Positions 7,360-19,043 of a stretch of 39,949 nucleotides of DNA are shown in pieces (position 1 is the stretch's first letter; each line of letters begins with the position of its first letter). The stretch is taken from positions 1 to 39,949 of the forward strand of contig JBDRIG010000104.1 of the NCBI GenBank assembly GCA_043816185.1, in the 5' to 3' direction. Source of the DNA: Elusimicrobiota bacterium (GTDB lineage Bacteria > Elusimicrobiota > UBA8919). Position numbers and translations under genes: made by a program. The notes below the pieces were generated by a model. That model was given only the letters and a program-made list of their open reading frames with translations, was not told the DNA's origin and did not search any database.

Positions 7360-10300
7360 ATGAAGAGAGTCAATTTTGCTAAGTTTTCGTCGATCATTGA
7401 TTTGCCAGACTTGCTTGAGGTTCAGAAAAATTCTTTTAAGGAGTTTTTGCAAGAAGATGTTCCAGCGGATAAAAGAAAATTGACAGGACTTCAGGCGTCG
7501 TTTCTCGACGTTTTTCCTATTAGTTCTTCGAATGGTGAATATACACTCGAATTTCTTTCCTACGAATTAGGTAAACAGAAATTTACAGAAGAAGAAGCGC
7601 TGCTTACCGATTCAGACTATGCCGTTCCTCTTAAGGCGATATTTCGACTTCTTGTTCGACAAGAAAAAGGAGATCCGAAAGAAATCTCCGAGCAAGAAAT
7701 CTACGTCTGTGACCTTCCTTTGATGACCAAAAAAGCAACATTCATTATAAACGGTGTTGAGAGGGTTGTTGTGACCCAAATGCATCGTTCCCCTGGTGTT
7801 ATTTTTGAAAAAGACGAAGAAACACCAATTTCAATTTACGGTAAATCTCTTTATTTTGCCAGAATTATTCCATATCGTGGTGCATGGGTAGAACTTGAAT
7901 TTGACGATAAAAATATTCTTTGGGCAAGGATTGACAAAAAGAAAAAATTTCTTATCACTACACTTTTGCGCGCCATAGGAATTGAAAATGATTCTGATAT
8001 TTTAAAATTTTTTTATAAGAAGGAAGAGATTTTGTTGAACGACAAAGTCATTGGACGAATTATTGCTAATGATATAGTTGACACCAAAACAGGTGAGATT
8101 TTAGCAGAAACAAATCGTTTCATTACAAAAGATTTATTAGCAACACTACTTTCATCTGGACTAAAATCAGTTTTCGTTATAATCACTGAAGTTTCTGTGA
8201 GGGAATCGGAAAAGTTAACCGCGAAAGATATGACAATTTCAGAAACACTTGCATTGGATAAGATTAAGACGAGAGCCGATGCAATAATGTATATCTACCG
8301 TCAGAATCGAGCTATGGAGTATGTAAAGCCCGATCAGGCGACAGAATATTTTGAAAATTTACTATTAAAAAATCCGAAAAAATATGATTTATCAAAAGTT
8401 GGTAGGTTTAAGATAAATAGAAAATTAAAAAATGTTTTTGAAGAACTCGGTTTTGAGTTATCAAAAGAGACCAAAAAAACCCTAACAATCGAAGACATAG
8501 TCGCAACTGTAAAATATATTATAGATTTAAATAATGGAATTTCTAACAACGATCGTCAGATTGACGACATAGATCATCTTGGCAATCGACGAATACGAGC
8601 AGTTGGTGAACTTTTAGAAAACCAAATACGAATAGGTCTCGCACATATGGTTCGACTGACAAGAGAGAAGATGAATTCTTTTGACCGCTCGCAAGCCACA
8701 CCGCGGAACATTCTCAACACTCAGCCAGTCATTGGCATTATAAAGAAATTTTTCGGCTTAGGGCAACTGTCTCAGTATATGGATCAAATAAATCCTTTAG
8801 CAGAACTTACACATAAAAGACGGCTTTCGGCACTTGGCCCTGGCGGTCTCCATAGAAAGCGCGCTGGTTTTGAAGTGCGAGACGTTCATTATACTCACTA
8901 CGGGAGAATTTGCCCGATTGAAACCCCTGAAGGAGCAAATATTGGATTAATAACTTCGCTTGCCTGCTATTCAAGAGTAAACGAATACGGGCTTTTAGAA
9001 ACACCTTATAGAAAAGTGGTAAATTGTAGAGTTACTAATGAGATTGATTACTTAACTGCTGATAAAGATGACGATCTTATTATTGCGCAGGCAAATTCGC
9101 CTATTGATGAATCGGGAAAATTTATTTTGCCACCTATTTCAGCTGCAAAACAAGCGTCAAGATTGCAATCAGATGGTGGGACTACTATAAACAGTATTTC
9201 TTGTCGACATGGTGGTGAATTTATTTTTGTTTCCCCCGATAAAATTGATTATATGGATATTTCGCCACTACAAGTTGTTTCAACCTCCGCTGCACTTATA
9301 CCGTTTTTAGAGCATGACGATGCGAATAGAGCGCTTATGGGTTCAAACATGATGAGACAGTCAGTTCCCATTATAATGCCTGAGCAGCCAGTAGTCGCAA
9401 CAGGCATTGAAGATAATATCGCAAAAGATACGATGGCAATTGTTGTATCAGAAAAAAACGGAGAGGTTTTAAGTGTCGATGCTAATCAAATTGCTGTTAA
9501 AGACAAGAAAACGGGTGAGATTGACATTTACAAACTTAAAAAATTTGAGAGGTCAAATCAAGATACCTGTATAAATCAAATACCAATTGTCAAAAAGGGA
9601 GATTTAGTTAAATCAGGTCAACCGATTGCCGATGGTGCGTCTACAAAAGATGGTTCTTTGGCTCTTGGTAGAAACGTATTAGTTGCTTTTATGTCGTGGG
9701 AAGGATACAATTTTGAAGATGCTATTATATTATCTGAGAAATTAGTTAGAGAAGACGTTTTTACATCTATTCATATACAAGAGTTTGTTGTTGAGGCACG
9801 AGATACAAAAATGGGTCCCGAGGAAATAACAAAGGATATACCAAATGTGTCAAAGGATGCGTTATTAAATCTCGACAATGATGGCGTTATTGTTGTCGGA
9901 AGTGATATTGTTCCTGGTGATATTTTGATTGGAAAAATTGCACCAAAGGGCGATCAGCAAACAACACCTGAGGAACGACTTTTAAGAGTGATATTTGGCA
10001 AAAAATCTGAAGAGGCAAAAGATGTTTCACTTTATGCTCCCCCTGGTGTCTATGGAAAGATTTCTGATATTAAGATATTTGAAAGAAGAGAAAGGTTATC
10101 TAAAGAAGAAATGAAAAAACAGATAACAGGTATAGAAGCGAAATATAAAAAAGAAATCGAAACAGCTAAAACAGTTTACGATGAAACAGTAAGGGCAATT
10201 CGAAGTTCGAAGTCTAAAGATGAAGATCAAAAATCTACGTCCGAATGTTTACATCGAGGGTCAAGTAAGGAAGGATTGGCAAAAGCGAAAGATCTTTTCA

Positions 10301-11148
10301 AAAAACGATTGGAAGAAATAAAAAAAGCTGAAAAATTTGAAAAAGAAGCTCTAAAAAATAGCGATGAACTTCCAATAAGCGTGAATAAAATTGTCAAAGT
10401 TTACATTGCAACCATTAGAAAAATTCAAGTTGGTGATAAAATTTCAGGTCGTCATGGCAACAAAGGAGTGGTGGCAAAAATTCTTCCAACAGAGGATATG
10501 CCATATCTTCCCGACGGTACACCTGTTGATGTTGTAATATCACCACTGTCTGTTCCGTCACGAATGAATGTAGGTCAGATTTTAGAGATGATGCTCGGTT
10601 GGGCTGGTATTCAGATGGATTATCAGGCGATATGCCCTGTGTTCAACAGTGCGAAAGAGAATGAAATAAAACAACACATAGCACTTGCAAAAGAATATCT
10701 AGTATCTAAAGGAGTAAGAAATGACTTTTTGCCAGACAACAGTTGCCGCATCACGCTTTATGACGGAAGAACTGGCATTCCTTTTTTAGAAAAAGTCACA
10801 ATTGGATATGCCTATATTATGAAATTAGCACATCTTGTAGACGATAAAATGCATGCTCGTTCAACAGGTCCATATTCGCTTATAACAAGACAACCACTTG
10901 GTGGCAAAGCACATGGTGGTGGACAAAGAATCGGAGAAATGGAAGTATGGGCGCTTGAAGGTTATGGTGTTGCTCATACTTTGCAGGAATTCTTAACTGT
11001 AAAAAGCGACGATGTAATAGGTAGAACAAAAATGTATGAGGCAATAATAAATGGTAAACCAATAACCCAAATGGGAACACCAGAGTCATTCAAGGTTTTG
11101 GTGAAAGAATTACAATCGTTGTGTTTAAATATAGAATTATTGAAATAA
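7360..11148 (+). CDS. rpoB: RNA polymerase beta subunit
   Basis: FIINGVERVVV, DDIDHLGNRR, HYGRICPIETPEG, GDKISGRHGNKG, GGQRIGEMEVWALE; start at ATG 7360 with GGAG. Confidence 0.98.
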   Translation: MKRVNFAKFSSIIDLPDLLEVQKNSFKEFLQEDVPADKRKLTGLQASFLDVFPISSSNGEYTLEFLSYELGKQKFTEEEALLTDSDYAVPLKAIFRLLVRQEKGDPKEISEQEIYVCDLPLMTKKATFIINGVERVVVTQMHRSPGVIFEKDEETPISIYGKSLYFARIIPYRGAWVELEFDDKNILWARIDKKKKFLITTLLRAIGIENDSDILKFFYKKEEILLNDKVIGRIIANDIVDTKTGEILAETNRFITKDLLATLLSSGLKSVFVIITEVSVRESEKLTAKDMTISETLALDKIKTRADAIMYIYRQNRAMEYVKPDQATEYFENLLLKNPKKYDLSKVGRFKINRKLKNVFEELGFELSKETKKTLTIEDIVATVKYIIDLNNGISNNDRQIDDIDHLGNRRIRAVGELLENQIRIGLAHMVRLTREKMNSFDRSQATPRNILNTQPVIGIIKKFFGLGQLSQYMDQINPLAELTHKRRLSALGPGGLHRKRAGFEVRDVHYTHYGRICPIETPEGANIGLITSLACYSRVNEYGLLETPYRKVVNCRVTNEIDYLTADKDDDLIIAQANSPIDESGKFILPPISAAKQASRLQSDGGTTINSISCRHGGEFIFVSPDKIDYMDISPLQVVSTSAALIPFLEHDDANRALMGSNMMRQSVPIIMPEQPVVATGIEDNIAKDTMAIVVSEKNGEVLSVDANQIAVKDKKTGEIDIYKLKKFERSNQDTCINQIPIVKKGDLVKSGQPIADGASTKDGSLALGRNVLVAFMSWEGYNFEDAIILSEKLVREDVFTSIHIQEFVVEARDTKMGPEEITKDIPNVSKDALLNLDNDGVIVVGSDIVPGDILIGKIAPKGDQQTTPEERLLRVIFGKKSEEAKDVSLYAPPGVYGKISDIKIFERRERLSKEEMKKQITGIEAKYKKEIETAKTVYDETVRAIRSSKSKDEDQKSTSECLHRGSSKEGLAKAKDLFKKRLEEIKKAEKFEKEALKNSDELPISVNKIVKVYIATIRKIQVGDKISGRHGNKGVVAKILPTEDMPYLPDGTPVDVVISPLSVPSRMNVGQILEMMLGWAGIQMDYQAICPVFNSAKENEIKQHIALAKEYLVSKGVRNDFLPDNSCRITLYDGRTGIPFLEKVTIGYAYIMKLAHLVDDKMHARSTGPYSLITRQPLGGKAHGGGQRIGEMEVWALEGYGVAHTLQEFLTVKSDDVIGRTKMYEAIINGKPITQMGTPESFKVLVKELQSLCLNIELLK

Positions 11149-11269
11149 GAAATCGTGGAATAAATGCGGAACCAAAACGCAAAATAGCAGCGGAGTTAAA
11201 ATACAGAGCTAAACCGTGGAACATTTAGTGCCAGTTTTGCGTCGGCTTGGTGTGTTTGTGGAGTAAATA

Positions 11270-14200
11270 ATGGCTAAGTTCATCAAAAATCAATTAAAAA
11301 AAATGTCATTTTTGAAGTCGAAAAGAAAAATATCTCCGCAATTAAATTTTGATGAATTCAGCAAAATCAAAATTTCTCTCGCATTTCCAGACATTATTCG
11401 TTCATGGAGTTATGGTGAAGTGAAAAAACCAGAGACAATAAATTACAGAACATTTAAGCCTGAGAGAGATGGTCTTTTCTGTGAGAAAATATTTGGACCT
11501 GTTAATGATTGGGAATGTAACTGTGGAAAATACAAATGGGTCAAACACAAGGGCATTGTATGTGACAGATGTGGAGTTGAGGTTACAGAATCTAAGGTTC
11601 GTCGAGAGCGGATGGGACATATTGATCTCGCTACTCCTATTGTACATATTTGGTTTTTAAGAAAGAATCCTTCTAAAATCGCAACCCTTTTAGATATGAA
11701 ACTTTCAGATATTGAAAAAATTACTTATTATGCACAGTATGTTGTCTTGTCTGTTACACAAACGGATCATCCTACCCAAGAAGACTCCGCCGGAGAGGAA
11801 AAAAATTCCACCTCGAAAGATAAATTTCCATTGTATGAAAGACAACTCATAACTGACGAAGAATATCAAAAATATATGACTGACCCAGAGTACAGCAATA
11901 AATTTAAGGCTGGAATAGGTGCAAGTGCCATCTTGGAGTTAATAAAAAATATTGATTTGTCAAAAGAAGCAAAAAAAATTAGTTTCGATATCACTAAAGA
12001 AAAATCTGAAGCGAACAAAATTAAACTTATTAAGCGACTTCGTCTAATAAACGGGTTTTTAAAAAGTGGAATTAAGCCAGAGTGGATGATTCTTACAACA
12101 ATTCCAGTTCTGCCGCCTGATTTAAGACCTTTAGTTCCTCTTGAAGGTGGTAGATTTGCCGCATCGGATTTAAACGATTTATATAGAAGAATAATAAATA
12201 GAAATGGCCGTCTTCGTCATTTAGAATTGCTAAATTCACCTAAACTTATGATTCACAACGAAAAACGACTGTTGCAGGAAGCAGTCGATTCGCTTATTGA
12301 AAATGGCGCCAAAGGGAAATTTGTAACAGGTGCTGGCAATCGTCCATTAAAATCGCTTTCAGACATTATTAAAGGAAAAACAGGTCGTTTCCGTCAAAAT
12401 CTTCTTGGTAAGCGAGTTGATTATTCTGGGAGAAGTGTTATAGTTGTTGGCCCAGAAATGAAATTACATCAGTGTGGCCTGCCTAAAGAAATGGCTCTCG
12501 AATTATTTAAACCATATATTATCAGAGAAATAATAAATCGCCAGTTAGCAACATCGCTGAAAGCTGCAAAAAGATTTTTGGAAAAACAGAGACCAGAAGT
12601 CTGGGATATATTAGAGATTATAATAAAAAATCATCCAATTATGTTGAATCGTGCACCTACTTTGCATCGTCTTGGTATTCAAGCATTTTATCCAGTTCTG
12701 ATTGAGGGTCGCGCTATACGACTTCACCCCTTAACTTGTTCTGCGTTTAACGCAGATTTTGATGGTGACCAGATGGCAGTTCATATTCCACTCTCAGTAG
12801 AAGCGATTAAAGAGGTTAGTGAAAAAATGCTTTCAACTCAAAACCTACTTATTCCTTCAAGCGGGAGACCAGTTGTTTCGCCAAGTCAGGATATAATCGT
12901 TGGATGTGCTTACCTTACAAAACCTAAAGACGGCGTTCCGGGTGAGGGAATGGTTTTTTCGGATACTGACGAGGTTTTATCTGCATATCAAAATGGGCAT
13001 ATTGATCTCAATGCGAAAATAAAAGTAAAAGGAATAAATAAAATAAAAGAGAAAACAGAAAACAATCAAATAAATTCACCGCAAAAAGCACAGGAAACAA
13101 GAAAGCAAGAAACAAAAAATTGGATCGACTATACAACCGTCGGTAGAGTGATATTTAATACTGTGATTCCTATCGAACTCGGTTTTGTTAATAAATCGAT
13201 TGGAAAAAAAGATGTTGCTAATATAGTGGAAGAATGTTTTAAAAAATTAAGCAACGAGAAAACAGTTTTGCTTTTAGATAAAATTAAAAAAATAGGTTTT
13301 CATTATGCAACATTATCTGGTTTTTCAATTTCTGTTGACGATCTTGTTATTCCAGAAGAAAAAACAAAAATAATACACGAAGCACGTGAAAAAGTAAAGG
13401 AGTTTGAAAAACAAGCAACAAAAGGGATTATCACCAATAAAGAAAGATATGAGAAAATTATTGACGAATGGACGAGGGCTACAGATAAAATTTGCGATTT
13501 AATGTTTAGTAAAATGGAAGCACAAGAAAAAGCTCCATACAAAGAAACTGAGTCGAAATTTAACTCAGTTTTTATTATGTCAAATTCTGGTGCTAGGGGA
13601 TCGCGTGCACAAGTGAGGCAGTTGGGTGGTATGCGTGGACTTATGGCAAAGCCTGCAAAACGATTGACCGGTCAAGTAGGTGAGATTATTGAGCAACCAG
13701 TTGAAGCAAGTTTCCGTGAAGGACTTACTATTTTAGAGTATTTTATTTCGACTCACGGTGGAAGAAAGGGACTTGCCGATACAGCACTTAAAACATCGGA
13801 AGCTGGCTACTTAACTCGTCGTCTGGTTGATGCGGCACACGATGTTATTATAACAGAAGACGATTGTGGCACATTAAATGGAATAAAAGTAGAAGCTATT
13901 GTTTCTGGCAATGATGCAATAGAGTCGCTATCTGAAAGAATTGTTGGAAGATGTGCGCTCGATAGTATTGTTGGTGTTATCCAAACTACCTCGAAGGATG
14001 GTGAAACTATCCAGAAACACCCAGATGAATATAAAGAAGAACTCATATTAAAAGAAAATGATATAATAACGCAAAAACAATCAAAAATGGTATCTCAAGC
14101 TGGGATCGAATCTATTAGAATTCGCTCTGTTTTGACGTGTGAAACAAAAAATGGTGTTTGTGCAAAGTGCTACGGAGTTAATCTCGCAACTGCTAAATTA

Positions 14201-15571
14201 ATAGAAAAAGGCGAGGCAATAGGAATCGTAGCAGCACAGTCTATTGGTGAGCCAGGTACACAGTTGACATTGAGAACTTTTCACGTTGGCGGAACCGCAT
14301 CTAGAATTGTGAGAGAGGCAAATATTGTCGCGGAAAAAGATTCAACGATAAAGTTTTTCAATTTAAAGCATGTTATTAATCGTTCAGGAAAAATAATAGT
14401 TGTTTCCAGAAATGCTGAAATGCAACTTATTTCAAGTTCATCCGACTTAACTAATCGGATAGGCAAGTCGAAGAAGATTTACAAGCTTCCATATGGAACA
14501 GAAATAAAATTTATAAAAGATACAAAAGTCATAAAAGGTACAGTAGTTGCGTCGTGGGATTCCTATACACTTCCTATTATAACAGAACATTCTGGTCATA
14601 TTCACCTTAAAGACATTACTGATGGATTAACGATGTCTGTAGCAGAAAATAAGGCTACACAACAGAAAGAACGAGTAATTATTGAACATCTTGGAATAAG
14701 AATGAATCCGCAGATAGTAATAATTGATACGCATTCTGCAAAAAAGGTTGCAGCATATTCGTTACCAATTGGGAGTCACCTTGTTGTTGGTGATAATCAG
14801 CCTGTCGAAAAGGGAGATGTTATAGCAAAAATTCCACGCGAGCATGCAAAAAGTAAAGATATTACAGGTGGACTTCCGAGAGTTGCTGAACTTTTTGATG
14901 CAAGAAAACCTAAAAATACGGCAATTATTTCTGAACTTGAAGGAATAGTTGCGGTTGGTTCTAACGAGAAGGGAACCATCGTTACTGTTAAAAGCGAATC
15001 AGCAACGGAGATAGAATATAAAATTCCACAAGATAAACACTTGATTGTTTACGAGGGTGACAGAGTAACAGTTGGCGAAGCATTAACCGACGGTTCCATT
15101 GATCCTCATGATATACTGAATGTTTTGGGTGTTAAAAATGTTCAAGAGTTTTTGGTTAACGAAATCCAGGAAGTTTATCGTCTACAAGGTGTAAGCATCA
15201 ACGATAAACATATTGAAGTTATTGTTCGGCAGATGTTGTTAAATGTTAAAATAGAAAAATCAGGTGACAGTAGTTTTCTCGAAGGTGAATTTGTAAATAA
15301 ATTTGATTTTGATGCAGAAAATAAAAAAATTGAATCGAAGAATGGTGTGCCAGCTGAAGCAAAATTTGTGCTCCTTGGAATTACTCGTGCAGCACTTTCT
15401 TCGAGATCGTGGATTTCTGCCGCTTCATTCCAGGAGACATCAAGAATTTTAACAAATGCAGCTGTTCACGGTGCGATCGATAATTTAGTCGGCTTAAAAG
15501 AAAATGTTATTATCGGTCATTTAATTCCTGCTGGTACAGGTTTTAATAAAAGCACAAATACGCGTGAATAA
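11270..15571 (+). CDS. rpoC: RNA polymerase beta' subunit
   Basis: KPETINYRT, NADFDGDQMAVH, SIGEPGTQLTLRTFH, SAASFQET. Confidence 0.98.
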   Translation: MAKFIKNQLKKMSFLKSKRKISPQLNFDEFSKIKISLAFPDIIRSWSYGEVKKPETINYRTFKPERDGLFCEKIFGPVNDWECNCGKYKWVKHKGIVCDRCGVEVTESKVRRERMGHIDLATPIVHIWFLRKNPSKIATLLDMKLSDIEKITYYAQYVVLSVTQTDHPTQEDSAGEEKNSTSKDKFPLYERQLITDEEYQKYMTDPEYSNKFKAGIGASAILELIKNIDLSKEAKKISFDITKEKSEANKIKLIKRLRLINGFLKSGIKPEWMILTTIPVLPPDLRPLVPLEGGRFAASDLNDLYRRIINRNGRLRHLELLNSPKLMIHNEKRLLQEAVDSLIENGAKGKFVTGAGNRPLKSLSDIIKGKTGRFRQNLLGKRVDYSGRSVIVVGPEMKLHQCGLPKEMALELFKPYIIREIINRQLATSLKAAKRFLEKQRPEVWDILEIIIKNHPIMLNRAPTLHRLGIQAFYPVLIEGRAIRLHPLTCSAFNADFDGDQMAVHIPLSVEAIKEVSEKMLSTQNLLIPSSGRPVVSPSQDIIVGCAYLTKPKDGVPGEGMVFSDTDEVLSAYQNGHIDLNAKIKVKGINKIKEKTENNQINSPQKAQETRKQETKNWIDYTTVGRVIFNTVIPIELGFVNKSIGKKDVANIVEECFKKLSNEKTVLLLDKIKKIGFHYATLSGFSISVDDLVIPEEKTKIIHEAREKVKEFEKQATKGIITNKERYEKIIDEWTRATDKICDLMFSKMEAQEKAPYKETESKFNSVFIMSNSGARGSRAQVRQLGGMRGLMAKPAKRLTGQVGEIIEQPVEASFREGLTILEYFISTHGGRKGLADTALKTSEAGYLTRRLVDAAHDVIITEDDCGTLNGIKVEAIVSGNDAIESLSERIVGRCALDSIVGVIQTTSKDGETIQKHPDEYKEELILKENDIITQKQSKMVSQAGIESIRIRSVLTCETKNGVCAKCYGVNLATAKLIEKGEAIGIVAAQSIGEPGTQLTLRTFHVGGTASRIVREANIVAEKDSTIKFFNLKHVINRSGKIIVVSRNAEMQLISSSSDLTNRIGKSKKIYKLPYGTEIKFIKDTKVIKGTVVASWDSYTLPIITEHSGHIHLKDITDGLTMSVAENKATQQKERVIIEHLGIRMNPQIVIIDTHSAKKVAAYSLPIGSHLVVGDNQPVEKGDVIAKIPREHAKSKDITGGLPRVAELFDARKPKNTAIISELEGIVAVGSNEKGTIVTVKSESATEIEYKIPQDKHLIVYEGDRVTVGEALTDGSIDPHDILNVLGVKNVQEFLVNEIQEVYRLQGVSINDKHIEVIVRQMLLNVKIEKSGDSSFLEGEFVNKFDFDAENKKIESKNGVPAEAKFVLLGITRAALSSRSWISAASFQETSRILTNAAVHGAIDNLVGLKENVIIGHLIPAGTGFNKSTNTRE

Positions 15572-15626
15572 AAAAATGTAAATGTTCGTGTTAAATCTAT
15601 AATAATTTATTTTTTCAAAAAAGTGC

Positions 15627-15655
15627 TTGACAAGTTTTACGTTATTTTGTACAAT
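15627..15655 (+). promoter_or_regulatory. Sigma70-type promoter of the str operon
   Basis: TTGACA-N17-TACAAT with AT-rich upstream tract, 120 nt before rpsL. Confidence 0.8.
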
Positions 15656-15775
15656 CAAAAATTCATATAATAAAAATAGGATTAAGCGACGGAGATTAAG
15701 AATTGAGTAGTAAAACTTAATCTATAATGCCCTGTTAAAAACGGGACAACCTAATTTTTATTATTAATATTAAAT

Positions 15776-16183
15776 ATGTTAACTGTAAATCAATTAGTCA
15801 GACATGGAAGATTAATGTTAGGTCGGAAAAGTAAAACTCCGGCGTTAAATGGGTCACCTCAAAGAAGAGGTGTTTGTACAAGAGTTTATACAACTACACC
15901 AAAAAAACCAAATTCTGCTTTAAGAAAAGTTGCAAGGGTAAAATTAACAAGTGGTTTTGAAGTTACTGCTTATATTCAAGGCATTGGACACAACTTGCAA
16001 GAACATTCAATTGTTCTGGTTAGGGGTGGAAGAGTTAAAGATTTACCTGGTGTAAGATATCACGTAGTAAGAGGAACACTTGATGCGACGGGCGTGGCAG
16101 ATAGAAATCAGGGTCGCTCAAAATATGGTGCAAAAAAATCAAAGAAGGGTGCGGTAAAAACAGAAGCGGCACGGCCAGCGTAA
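15776..16183 (+). CDS. rpsL: 30S ribosomal protein S12
   Basis: [21 protein letters not shown]. Confidence 0.98.
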   Translation: MLTVNQLVRHGRLMLGRKSKTPALNGSPQRRGVCTRVYTTTPKKPNSALRKVARVKLTSGFEVTAYIQGIGHNLQEHSIVLVRGGRVKDLPGVRYHVVRGTLDATGVADRNQGRSKYGAKKSKKGAVKTEAARPA

Positions 16184-16317
16184 AGACCAAATCATAAATC
16201 TAAGATCTAAAATAAACAGCGATAGTAGGCTGATATAAAAATACGGCGATATGTTTTTTCGCATAAATATATCGACCGGTATTTTCAATAACGACTTCAC
16301 AATTTATAGGTGTTAAT

Positions 16318-16791
16318 ATGAGCAGAAAATCAAAAAAAATAAAAAAAGAACCAGCTAAACCTGATTACAAATATAATAGTTTGATCGTGTCACGTTTTAT
16401 ATATGACATGCTGAAATGTGGGAAAAAATCTCATGCTGAAGCAATTTATTATGGTGCGATGGATATAATAAAACAGAGGTCAAAGCAGGAGCCGATGACA
16501 GTTTTAGAGCGCGCGATAAAAAATGTAAAACCACTTTTAGAAGTAAAACCACGTCGTGTTGGTGGAGCAACATACCAAATCCCCATTGAAGTAAAGCATG
16601 CTCGCGGTATTGCTCTTTCTGTCAGATGGCTTTTAATGTATGCAAGACAAAGGAAAGGCAAATCGATGGCCGAGCGATTAGCGTTAGAAATAACAGATGC
16701 TGCTAACAATACCGGTAGCGCAATTAAAAAAAGAGAAGATTCTCATAAAATGGCTGAGGCAAATAAAGCGTTTGCGCACTATAGATGGTGA
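16318..16791 (+). CDS. rpsG: 30S ribosomal protein S7
   Basis: [26 protein letters not shown]. Confidence 0.98.
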   Translation: MSRKSKKIKKEPAKPDYKYNSLIVSRFIYDMLKCGKKSHAEAIYYGAMDIIKQRSKQEPMTVLERAIKNVKPLLEVKPRRVGGATYQIPIEVKHARGIALSVRWLLMYARQRKGKSMAERLALEITDAANNTGSAIKKREDSHKMAEANKAFAHYRW

Positions 16792-16813
16792 TAAAAACAG
16801 AATCGGGAATCAT

Positions 16814-18967
16814 ATGCCTGTTTTAGAAATGGAAGAAAAAAAGACGGACAAAACAAAAATGAGCGATTTATCAACTATTAGAAACATTGGAATTATAGCA
16901 CATATAGATGCAGGTAAAACAACAACTACCGAGCGTTTACTTTTTTATAGCGGAAAAATTCATCGTATAGGTAATGTTGATGAAGGAACCACAACTACCG
17001 ACTGGATGGAGCAGGAGCAAGAACGCGGTATAACCATAACTTCTGCTGCAATAACATGTGAATGGCTAGGGCATACTATTAACGTTATAGATACTCCTGG
17101 TCACGTTGATTTTACCGCAGAAGTTGAAAGATCGCTACGTATTCTTGACGGAGCGGTTGTTGTTTTTTGTGGTGTAGGTGGTGTTCAACCGCAGTCTGAA
17201 ACAGTGTGGCGTCAAGCAAATAAGTATAAGATTCCACGAATCGCTTTTATCAATAAACTCGATAGAACGGGTGCAAATTTTTTCAATGTTGTTAAGGCGA
17301 TGAAGAAAAAACTCAATGCAAATCCTATACCGTTACAAATACCTATCGGTATCGAAGATAAATTTTCTGGAATAGTTGATTTAATAAGAATGAAAGCATT
17401 TCAATATACAGATGACCTTGGTGTAAAATTTGAAGAAATAAAAATTCCACATGATATGGATTCTATCGTCAAAAAACATAGAGCGAAATTAATTGAGATA
17501 ACTGCCGATGTCGATCATGATGTTATGCATAAATTTGTATCAGGGGTTGGCAAGGTTACGGAGAGTGAAATAATCAATGCGATAAGATTATCGACGATTT
17601 CAGGAAAAATAGTTCCAGTCTTATGCGGTTCTTCTCTAAAAAATAAGGGCGTTCAATTTTTGCTCGATGCAATTACTCTATATTTACCTTCGCCAATCGA
17701 TGTATTATCTACCGATGAAACAAATCCCGATGTTGGACACGCAGGAAAGGTCAAAATTGTTGCCGATGAAAAAAGACCAATGTCAGCACTTGCATTTAAA
17801 ATCCAAACAGACCCGTTTGTTGGTCGTTTAACATATATTAGAGTTTACTCTGGGGTTATTAAAAGAGGGTGTTCTGTTTATAATTCGACACGCCAAATAC
17901 GAGAAAGAATATCAAAGCTCGTAAAAATGCATTCTAATGACCGCGAAGAGGTTGATGAGGTAAAAGCGGGTGATATAGCGGGTGTTGTTGGTTTCAAAAA
18001 AACATTTACAGGTGATACACTTTGTGACGAAGAAAATCAGATAATTCTTGAAAATATAAAATTTCCAGATCCTGTTATCTGGCTTGCGATTGAACCTAAA
18101 ACCAAGTCCGATGAGGAAAAACTTTCTAAAGCACTTTCAAAACTTTCCGAGGAAGATCCAACATTTAAATTTAAAATAGATGTCGAAACAGGGCAGACGA
18201 TTATTTCTGGAATGGGTGAACTGCACCTTGAAATCCTCGTCGATAGAATGAAACGTGAATTTTCTGTTGTAGCAAATATAGGTGCACCTCAGGTTGCTTA
18301 TAAGGAAACAATAAAGAAATCTGCCGAAGCAACAGGAAAATTTATTCGACAGACTGGTGGCCATGGGCAATATGGGCATGTCGAATTATTAGTTGAACCC
18401 AACTCGAAAGGAAGTGGTTTCGAATTTATAAATGATATTAGAGAGGGTCGTATTCCGAGAGAGTTTTTTTCATCAATTGAGAATGGAATTGTAACAGCTC
18501 TTGAAACAGGTGTTTTAGGAGGATTTCCCGTCGTTGATATTAAGGTAACACTTTTGGACGGCTCGTATCATGAGGTTGATTCATCGGATATTGCTTTTAA
18601 GATGGCAGCATCAATTGGAACAAAAGAAGCAATTAGAAAAGCAACACCATCTTTATTAGAACCAATAATGAAGTTAGAGGTAATCACACCAGAGGAATAT
18701 CTTGGCGATATTCTCGGAGATATAAACTCTCGTCGTGGAAGAATCGAAAACATTTTGGCAGATAAGGGTGCTCATTCAACTTTGCATAGTGATCATTCTG
18801 TTGGTGGGATTCATACGATTGATGGGCATATTCCATTAGCGTCAATGTTTGGTTATTCATCATCGCTGCGTTCATTGTCGCAGGGGCGAGCAACTTATAC
18901 GATGGAACCAGCATTTTACGAGAGCGTTTCTGAAAAATTAGCGCAGGAAATTTTGGGAATAAAATAA
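16814..18967 (+). CDS. fusA: Elongation factor G
   Basis: [30 protein letters not shown]; start uncertain (16814, 16829 or 16859). Confidence 0.96.
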   Translation: MPVLEMEEKKTDKTKMSDLSTIRNIGIIAHIDAGKTTTTERLLFYSGKIHRIGNVDEGTTTTDWMEQEQERGITITSAAITCEWLGHTINVIDTPGHVDFTAEVERSLRILDGAVVVFCGVGGVQPQSETVWRQANKYKIPRIAFINKLDRTGANFFNVVKAMKKKLNANPIPLQIPIGIEDKFSGIVDLIRMKAFQYTDDLGVKFEEIKIPHDMDSIVKKHRAKLIEITADVDHDVMHKFVSGVGKVTESEIINAIRLSTISGKIVPVLCGSSLKNKGVQFLLDAITLYLPSPIDVLSTDETNPDVGHAGKVKIVADEKRPMSALAFKIQTDPFVGRLTYIRVYSGVIKRGCSVYNSTRQIRERISKLVKMHSNDREEVDEVKAGDIAGVVGFKKTFTGDTLCDEENQIILENIKFPDPVIWLAIEPKTKSDEEKLSKALSKLSEEDPTFKFKIDVETGQTIISGMGELHLEILVDRMKREFSVVANIGAPQVAYKETIKKSAEATGKFIRQTGGHGQYGHVELLVEPNSKGSGFEFINDIREGRIPREFFSSIENGIVTALETGVLGGFPVVDIKVTLLDGSYHEVDSSDIAFKMAASIGTKEAIRKATPSLLEPIMKLEVITPEEYLGDILGDINSRRGRIENILADKGAHSTLHSDHSVGGIHTIDGHIPLASMFGYSSSLRSLSQGRATYTMEPAFYESVSEKLAQEILGIK

Positions 18968-19043
18968 AAAAGCAGAATTATGAATGAAAAGGGCGAATAG
19001 TGAATGAAAAGGCAATGCATTATTCTGTCGTAAGGAGGTTTTT

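Noticed and set aside
16697..16813. Long N-terminal extensions in track ORFs for fusA (also rpoB, rplV, mreC, mtrA-like)
   Set aside because: They overlap upstream genes or repeat spacers; downstream starts fit homology and RBS better.
17700..17760. Possible palindromic insert in fusA (TNPDVGHAG)
   Set aside because: The region is naturally variable in EF-G and the inverted repeat is too weak.
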